NCBI GenBank assembly: GCA_034530875.2
Contig: JAVRCJ020000056.1
Location: 1 to 39,950 of the forward strand
Source of the DNA: Nostoc sp. DedSLP01
GTDB lineage: Bacteria; Cyanobacteriota; Cyanobacteriia; Cyanobacteriales; Nostocaceae
DNA length: 39,950 bases
Direction: 5' to 3'
Shown one piece after another: positions 1 to 9,000 of the stretch. The notes below the pieces were generated by a model. It saw only the letters and a list, made by a program, of their open reading frames with translations, searched no databases and had not been told where the DNA came from. A program made the translations under genes and the position numbers. The stretch's first letter is position 1; every line of letters begins with the position of its first letter.

Positions 1-3000
1 GAGTTGAGTTTGCAGTACATCGCCTTGCAACCAGTTGCGCTGCCAAATGGCAAAATCCGCATATTGAATCGGCAACGGCGCTAGGGGTGACGGTTCACCT
101 TGGGAATAAGCTTTGTAGAGTGCAGCCAGTTCTTCAACAAACACACCCATTGACCAAGCATCAGAGACAACATGGTGCATACATACTATTAGTATGTGTT
201 CTGTCTGAGACAGCACTACTAATGTTGCCCTGATTAATGCTCCTTTTGCCAAATCAAAAGGTCGAATAGCCTCTTGTTGCACTAATTGCTGTGAAGTTAT
301 TTCTTGTTCGGTTACTTCTGCTGAGGCAGAGGCTTCTCTTCGAGACGCTTCGCGAACGCCAACGACTTCGCTCAGTACAAGTGTAGATAAATGCTTTAAG
401 TCAACAACTGATACTATTCCGTGTTCCCCGTTCCCTGTTAAAAGTTCCCTACTATTTTGAATGATTTGTCTTAGTTGTCCATCAACTGTAATGAAGTTTG
501 TACGTAATGCTTCATGGCGATGAATAATTTCAATTAAGCTTTGTTCTAAGGCAGCCCGATTAAGATTTCCCTCCAGACGCAAAGCTGTGGGTATATTGTA
601 TGCGGCACTGTTCGGCTCTAATTGGTCTAAAAACCACAAACGCTGTTGCGCGTAAGATAAAGGTAATTCTTCTGTATTCTCCGCTCTTGGTAAGATAGGC
701 GGTGCAGATAGTTCTAATTCTTGTTGCTGTAACTGCTCAATTGAGCGCGCTAATTCGGCTAGTGTCGCTGTGGCAAACAACTCTCGTAATGGTACTTCCA
801 CTCTGAAGAGAGTACGGATGCGTGAAACCACTTGTGTTGCTAGTAGCGAATGTCCCCCTAGTTCAAAGAAGTTATCATAAACTCCTACAAGCTCTATTTT
901 CAGCACTTGCGCCCAAATTTGTGCCAAAAGTTCTTCAACAGGCGTGCGTGGGGCTACATATTTTTCTATGCGATCGCCGTATAAATCAGGTGCGGGCAGT
1001 GCACGACGGTCTACTTTGCCACTGGGAGTGAGTGGCATTGCCTCCAGCATCATAAAAGCATTGGGTACCATGTACTCTGGCAGTTTTGCTTTGACGAATT
1101 GCCGCAGTTGTTGAGTTGTAGGTGTACAGTCGTGGTCTGCTACTATATAGGCAACTAAGCGCTTATCACCTGGGGTATCTTCGCGAACAGCGATCGCACA
1201 TGCGTGTACATCTTCATGCTGACTTAGTACTGCTTCAATTTCTCCCAACTCGATGCGGAAACCCCGGATCTTTACTTGATTGTCAATCCGTCCTAGGTAT
1301 TCAATATTGCCATCTTCTAAATAACGCGCTTTATCCCCTGTTTTGTAGAGGCGAGAGTCAGGATCGGCGCTAAAGGGATGAGGAATAAATCTCTGTTGTG
1401 TTAACTCAGGTCGGTTGAGGTAGCCCCGCGCCAAACAAACTCCACCAATGTACAATTCACCTGGCACACCGACTGGTACAGGCTGTAAGTACCTGTCCAA
1501 GATGTAAGCTTGGGTGTTAGCAATCGGACGACCAATAGGAGGTAGTAGCGGCCATGTATCCACTGAAGAATTCAGTGTAAAAGTGATGACGACATGGGTT
1601 TCTGTTGGTCCGTAATGATTGTGCAAAGTACAATTATTTGTCAGTTTGCTCAACCACTGACAAATGGCACGAGTCATCTGCAACTGTTCCCCAGCAGTAA
1701 TAATTTCCCGCAAATGATTATTAACTAATTGACTATCAACCGCCACTTCAGCCAATTGCTGTAAGGCAACAAACGGAACAAATAGCCTCTCGATAGCTTT
1801 TTGTTCCACAAAACCTAATAAAGCCACTGGATTTCGTCGTAATTCCTCTGAAATGAGGAACAATGTGCCTCCACCAAACCAGGTAGAAAACATTTCTTGG
1901 AACGAGACATCAAAGCTCAGGGGAGCAAATTGCAGCGTTTTTGCTCCACCAGAAATTGTCTGATTTTCCAGTTGCCACAACATGAGATTGCAAACAGCTT
2001 GCTGATTCAGGGCTACACCTTTAGGTTGACCTGTAGAACCGCTAGTGTAAATCACATAAGCTAAGTTATTAGCTTGTACCTCACAGATGAGATTATCCTC
2101 ACACAATTGGGAAATCTCTGGGGCATCTGTATCTAAAAAGACAAGTTTTGTTTGTAGTGGGGGTAGTTTCTCAATGAGTGATTGCTGGGTCAGCAACACC
2201 CCAACAGCAGCATCTTCAAGCATGAAACTCAGGCGTTGGGTGGGATACTCTGGGTCAAGCGGTACATAAGCCCCACCTGCCTTGAGAATTCCTAGCACTC
2301 CCACCACCATTTCTATTGAGCGTTCCACACAAATGCCTACCAACACATCGACTTTGACTCCTAAAGACTTCAGGTAGTGCGCCAACTGATTTGCACGACT
2401 GTTCAATTGGTAGTAAGTAAGTTGTTCATTCTCAAACACTACCGCTACTGCATTTGGGCTACGCTCTACCTGTTCTTCAAACCACTGATGAATACATTTA
2501 TTTAGTGGATAATCTACCTTGGTATGGTTCCATTCTGCCAGAAGTTGATGACGCTCCTCTAAAGAAACAAGGGAGTGCAACTCATAACGTCCTTGTGGCT
2601 CGTTCGCCATTGCGGCAAGAACAGAATGGAAATAATCACCAATCTTGTTAATTTGTTCCGAGCATAGCTCACAGGGGTCGTACTTTAAAACCAGTGCTAG
2701 CTCATCGGAACTAATACCGAGGTTAAATTGAGTAAGAAAAGTAAAGTTGGTTTGATCGAAAACCTTTCCACCTAGCGCCTGCAAATTATCGAGTTCCATC
2801 ACCTGTTCGTAAACATGGAAATGGGTGAAATTAAACGCCGTCTCAAGTAGAGATTCACCACCCAAAATCCTTTGTATTTCTGCCAAAGGATAACGGCGGT
2901 GCGGCAACATTTCTTGTTCTGCTGCAAATACTTGTTTTACTAGGTCTATCCAAGTGCCTCCAGTTAATTGCAGGCGGAATGGCAATGTATTTAGGAATAG

Positions 3001-6000
3001 TCCCAATACTCGCTCACCATCATTTTGCTCAGGTCGTCCGTTAGCTACCACACCCGTTACTAGATCCTCTTCACCGTTGAGGAAATTTAACACCCGCAAA
3101 TGAGCAGCTAATAAGACATTTTTGAGTGGAACTTCTGCGGACTGAGCCAGTCGTTTTAAGCCAGTAAAAATCTCAGGGGATAAAGTTACCTCTTGCTCAC
3201 CAATTTCTTGAATAGCAGTGTTTGTTGGTATAGAAGACCAACGAGGCAACTTGGTAAAAGTGCTATTATTTAACTTTTCACTCCAGTAACGCTGAGTCTC
3301 GGTTGAGGCAAGTGCTTGTTGTTCTAAAGCTACAAAGTCCCGGAATGTAACACTTAATGGTGGGTCTACATAATTAACTCCTTCGCCTAAAAGTGACGAG
3401 TAACGCTTCAGCAATTCACTCATCATCGAGGCAAAACTCCATCCATCGAGAATGGCATGGTGGAAGCTTACAGTCAAATTAAATGTCTCATGTGTACGAC
3501 GATGAACACAGAAACGCACTAACGGAGGACGAGTCCAATCAAAATGCTGTTTCTTTTCGGCTTCAAACCAAGCAGCTAAGGCAACTTCTTGCTCAGCATC
3601 ATTTAAATGGCACCAATCTTCCACCTGGAAGGGAATCTCAACTTGCTGATGAATCAGTTGTAACGGAATGCTGAAATTACTAAGATGGAACGAAGCCCGC
3701 AGTACAGGGTGATGATTGACTAAATCTTGAACAGCAATCTGTAAAAGTTCAACATCAAGAGGAGTTTTGAGATGTAAACTGAAAAGATCGTGATAGACTG
3801 CACTATCTTTGCTGTACTCACTGTGGTAAATCATTCCCATTTGCAACATAGCCAAGGGATAAGCATCCTCTATCCCTGAAGGTACTTGCTGAAAGTCTGC
3901 TTGAGAAATGAGGCTGAATGGCTGAGTTAATTCTAATTTTGTGGAGTTATTCTCTTGTGTTTTCAGTTTTTGGATTAGCGAGTGAATCGTCTGATGTTGA
4001 AATAACTGTTGTACAGAGAAATTCAAACCTTGTTCTTTAGCACCAGACACAATTTGAATACTACGGATAGAATCTCCACCCAAAGCAAAGAAGTTATCAT
4101 TAATACCTACATTCTCAACGCCGAGAACGTTAGCCCACACAGCAGCTAATATTTTCTCTTCTGGTGTGCTGGGCGTGACAAAAACATCTTCTAGTTCTGG
4201 TCTTGCAGTGTCGGGGGATGGCAAAGCGCGTCGGTCTACCTTCCCATTCGGTGTCAGTGGTAGAGCTTCTAACTGTACAAAAGCATTTGGTATCATGTAT
4301 TCTGGAAGCTTTTGTTTGAGAAAGCGGCGTAGTTCTGAAGCGTTTACAGATTGTTCGACCTTTGGCACTACATAACCCACGAGACGTTTGTTACCCGGTT
4401 CATCCTCTCTTGCCACCACCACGCTTTCCCAAATAGCCGGGTGTTGCACTAGTAGGGTCTCAATTTCTCCCAATTCAATGCGGAAACCGCGAATCTTAAC
4501 TTGATTGTCTATACGTCCTAAATACTCTAATTCTCCATTGGGCAAATAACGTGCCAAGTCCCCTGTTTTGTATAGTCGCGCTTGGGGATTATTACTAAAA
4601 GGATTCGAGATAAACCGTTGTTGCGTCAACTCAGGGCGATTGAGATAGCCACGCGCTACTCCAGCGCCACCAACGTACATTTCACCTGCAACCCCAATTG
4701 GCACTGGTTGTAAATATTCATCCAGCACATACACCTGTAAATCTGGTATCGGACGACCAATCACACTTGCTGTGGCATTTAAATCAGCTTTGTTCAATGG
4801 ACGGTAGGTGACGTGTACGGTGGTTTCTGTAATCCCGTACATATTCACTAACTGAGGCGATTGGTCGCCGTGACGCTCAAACCAAGGCTGTAAACTTTTT
4901 AATTCTAAGGCTTCTCCACCGAAAATTACTAAGCGTAAACTCAAATCGCTTGCAATTGCTGTTGACCCTTCGGCTCCGCTCAGGGTCAAGTGTTCTGCTT
5001 GAATCAACTGGCGGAATGCGGAAGGTGTTTGGTTGAGAATTGTTACTTTTTCTTGACACAGTAACTTATAGAAGGATTCAGGCGATCGCGTCACCAGATA
5101 CGGTACTATTACCAGTCGTCCACCGTACAGCAAAGCCCCCCAAATTTCCCAAACAGAGAAATCGAAGGCGTAGGAGTGAAACATTGTCCACACGTCTTGG
5201 TCGTTGAAATTGTACCAAGAGCTGGTCGCGGCAAATAGACGAACTACATTTGAGTGGTTAATTAAAGTGCCTTTAGGTTGACCCGTCGAACCGCTAGTGT
5301 AAATGACATAAGCTAAGTTATCAACTATAGAGTCACTAATAAGATTATCTATACTTTCTTTTGAGATATTTTGCCAGTCTTTATCTAAGCAAACTACACG
5401 TGCTCTATATTCCGGTAAACTAGCGAGCAATTTCTCTTGAGACAACACAACTGAAACTTGTGAATCGTTGAGCATATATGCTAAACGTTCAGTTGGATAG
5501 TCCGGGTCAAGTGGCACATAAGCCCCACCAGCTTTAAGAATACCAAGCAGTCCCACTAGCGTTAAGAGCGATCGCTCTACACACAACCCAACGAGTACAT
5601 CCGCTCCCACGCCCAAAGACTTCAAGTAATGTGCCAATTGGTTAGCACGAGTATTCAACTCCTGGTAGGTTAGTTGCCGATCGTCACACACCACAGCCAC
5701 AGCATTCGGGGTGCGCTCCACCTGCTCCTCAAATAACTGATGGATGCACTTATACTGGAGATAATCCGCTTCAGTTCGATTCCACTTAACTAATAATTGC
5801 TGTTGTTCAACTTGTGTAAGTATTGGTAATTGCGCTAGGCGCTCTTCTGGGTTAGCAACAATACCTTCAAGCATTGTTACAAAATGACTACTCATCCGCT
5901 TGATAGTACTTGCATCAAACAAGTCAGTATTATATTCCCACCACCCCACCAATCCAGTAGTGGTGTTAGTCATTGATAAGGTTATATCAAACTTGGCACT

Positions 6001-9000
6001 TACACTTTCTGTCATCAACGGAGTCACTGTTAATCCAGTCAGTTCTACTCCAGACATAGGCGCATTTTGAAGCACAAACATTACTTGGAACAGTGGTGTG
6101 TGGCTGAGATCTCGTTCTGGCTGTAATGCTTCTACCAGCATTTCAAAAGGCAAGTCCTGATGAGCATAAGCATCCATTGCAATAGAGCGAACACGACTTA
6201 ATAATTCATTAAAAGTGGGGTTACCGGCCAAGTTAGTGCGCATTACTAAGACATTGACAAAAAAGCCAATTAACCGTTCAAGCTCTAAGCGATCGCGGTT
6301 AGCAATGGGAGATCCCACCAGAATATCTTCTTGTCCTGAGTAGCGGTAGAGTAAGGTATCATAAGCTGCCAACAGAGTCATGAACAGCGTTACCCCCTGC
6401 TCTTGACTCAGCTTTGTTAACCGTTGAGTTAACTCCAGTGAAAGTGCAAACTCTTGATTTGTGCCTGCGAAAGTTTGTACAGCAGGTCTGGGTCGGTCTG
6501 TAGGTAACGACAACAAGGCTGGCGCATCTTTTAGTTGTTGTTGCCAGTACGAGAGTTGAGTTTGCAGTACATCCCCCTGCAACCATTGTCGCTGCCAAAT
6601 TGCAAAATCTGCGTACTGAATCGGCAATGGCGCTAACAATGGGGGCTGACCTTGAGAATAAGAATTGTACAGTGCTGCTAGTTCCTGAACAAACACACCC
6701 ATTGACCAACCATCAGAGACAATATGGTGCATACATAAACTCAAGACGAATTCTGTCTCCGATAGTACTACTAATGTAGCTCTGACTAATGGTTCGTTTG
6801 CCAGATTAAACGGTTCAATAGCTTGTTGTTGTGCTAATTCCTGTGTAGCAATTTCTTGTTCAGTTAAGGATAAATGCTGCCAGTCAATTACTGACATCCT
6901 CCAAGCTGCTTCTGTATGAATAATTTGAGTTGATTGTCCATCAACTGTAATAAAGTTGGTGCGTAACGCTTCGTGGCGATCGATGATTTCATGCAAGCTT
7001 TGTTCTAGAGCAACTTGATTAAGATTTCCTACTAGACGCAAAGCTATGGGTATGTTGTATATGGCACTGTTCGGCTTTAACTGATCTAAAAACCATAAAC
7101 GCTGTTGAGCAAATGACAGTAGTAATTGAGCATTTTCTGCTCGCCTTAAGATAGGCGGTGCAGACAGTTCTAAGTTTTGTTGCTGTAATTTCTCAATTAC
7201 TTGTGCTAATTCGGCTAGCGTTGCTGTGGCAAACAAATCACGCAATGGTAGTTCCACTTTGAAAAGAGTGCGAATACGTGAAACTACTTGCGTTGCTAAT
7301 AGCGAGTGTCCCCCAAGTTCAAAGAAGTTATCATAAACTCCTACAAGTTCCACTTTCAATACTTGCGCCCATATCTGTGCCAGTATTTCTTCAATTGGGT
7401 TGCGTGGGGCAACATATTTGTCTGTGCGATGGCTTTGTAAATCTGGAGCAGGCAATGCGCGGCGGTCTACTTTGCCATTCGGAGTTAGCGGCAAGGATTC
7501 CAAGATAACTATTGCATTTGGCACCATGTAATCTGGGAGTTTTGCTTTGACAAATTGCCGCAGTTCGCTGATTGTAGGTGTATAGCCCTGTTGTGCTACT
7601 ACGTAGGCAACTAACCGCTTATCACCCCTGGTATCTTCTCGGGGGATGACTGCACAGACCCGCACATCTTCGTGCTGACTTAGTACTGCTTCAATTTCGC
7701 CTAATTCAATGCGAAAACCGCGTATTTTTACTTGATTATCAATCCGTCTTAGAAACTCAATGTTTCCATCGGGTAAATAACGCGCTAAGTCTCCACTTTT
7801 GTAGAGGCGAGAATGGGCTTGATCGCTAAAGGGATGAGGAATAAATTTTTCCTGTGTTAAATCTGTTCGGTTGAGATAACCCCTGGCTAATCCTGCACCA
7901 CCAATGTACATTTCTCCTGGCACACCCATCGGCACTGGTTGTAATTGCGAATCTAAAATGTAAATTTGCGCGTTGGCAATGGGACGACCAATGGTAATTT
8001 TCTCGTCTTGGGGAGTGCATTTAGCAATTGTGGCGCAGACTGAGGCTTCTGTCGGGCCATAAGCATTGAAGAAGTTTCTCCCAACAGACCACTTTTTAAT
8101 CAGTTCAGCAGGACAAGCTTCACCAGCCACGACGATTGTTTGCAGTTCGGGAAGTTCTTCAGTAGGTAGGACTGCCAGGGCTGATGGTGGTAGGGTGACA
8201 TGGGTGATGCCATCATCGCGTAACCGCTCCATTAAAGGGAGACCAGGCATAATAGAGTCTTTTGTTCCCAGGTATAATGTTGCTCCTGCTCCCCAACTCA
8301 TTAAGATTTCCCATATACAAGCATCAAAACTCAAGGAGGCAAACTGGAGAACTCGGCTAGAAGAATCTACACTAAAAGACTGAATTTGTGCTTGAGCGAG
8401 GTTAACTAATCCCCGATGCTCAACCATGACTCCTTTGGGTTTACCTGTGGAACCTGAAGTGTATATTACATTTGCTAGATGAGATGCTGTGACTGAAGTC
8501 ACAGGGTTTTGCTGATGATTTTGGTCAAGTTGTGACCAGATTTCATCTATAAAGACTAGCGTTGCCGCAGTTGCGGGCAGTCGATCTAGGAGTTGTTTTT
8601 GGGTGAGGAGTACCGGAACTTGAGTATCATCTAGCATAAAGCTTAGACGTTCAGTGGGATACTCTGGATCAAGGGGTACATAAGCTCCACCCGCTTTGAG
8701 AATTGCCAACAGTCCGATGACCATTAAGGGCGATGCCTTCGGCAACGTCTTCGACAAACGCTCTACACATAACCCAACTAGTACATCTGTTCCCGCTCCC
8801 AAAGACTTGAGATAGTGTGCCAACTGGTTAGCGCGGCAGTTTAATTCATAGTATGTAAGTTGTTCATCTCCAAATGCAACTGCCACTGCGTTGGGTGTGC
8901 GTAGACACTGCTCCTCAAACAACTGATGGATACACCTATTGGACGGATAATCCGCTTCAGTTCGATTCCATTCAATTAACAACTGCTGTTGCTCTGGTGC

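Noticed and set aside
3870..4080. Epimerase domain after the GGDSI T domain
   Set aside because: Only about 65 codons separate the T motif from the next C domain, and only one C-family domain precedes the next A domain. No E domain is seen anywhere in the window.
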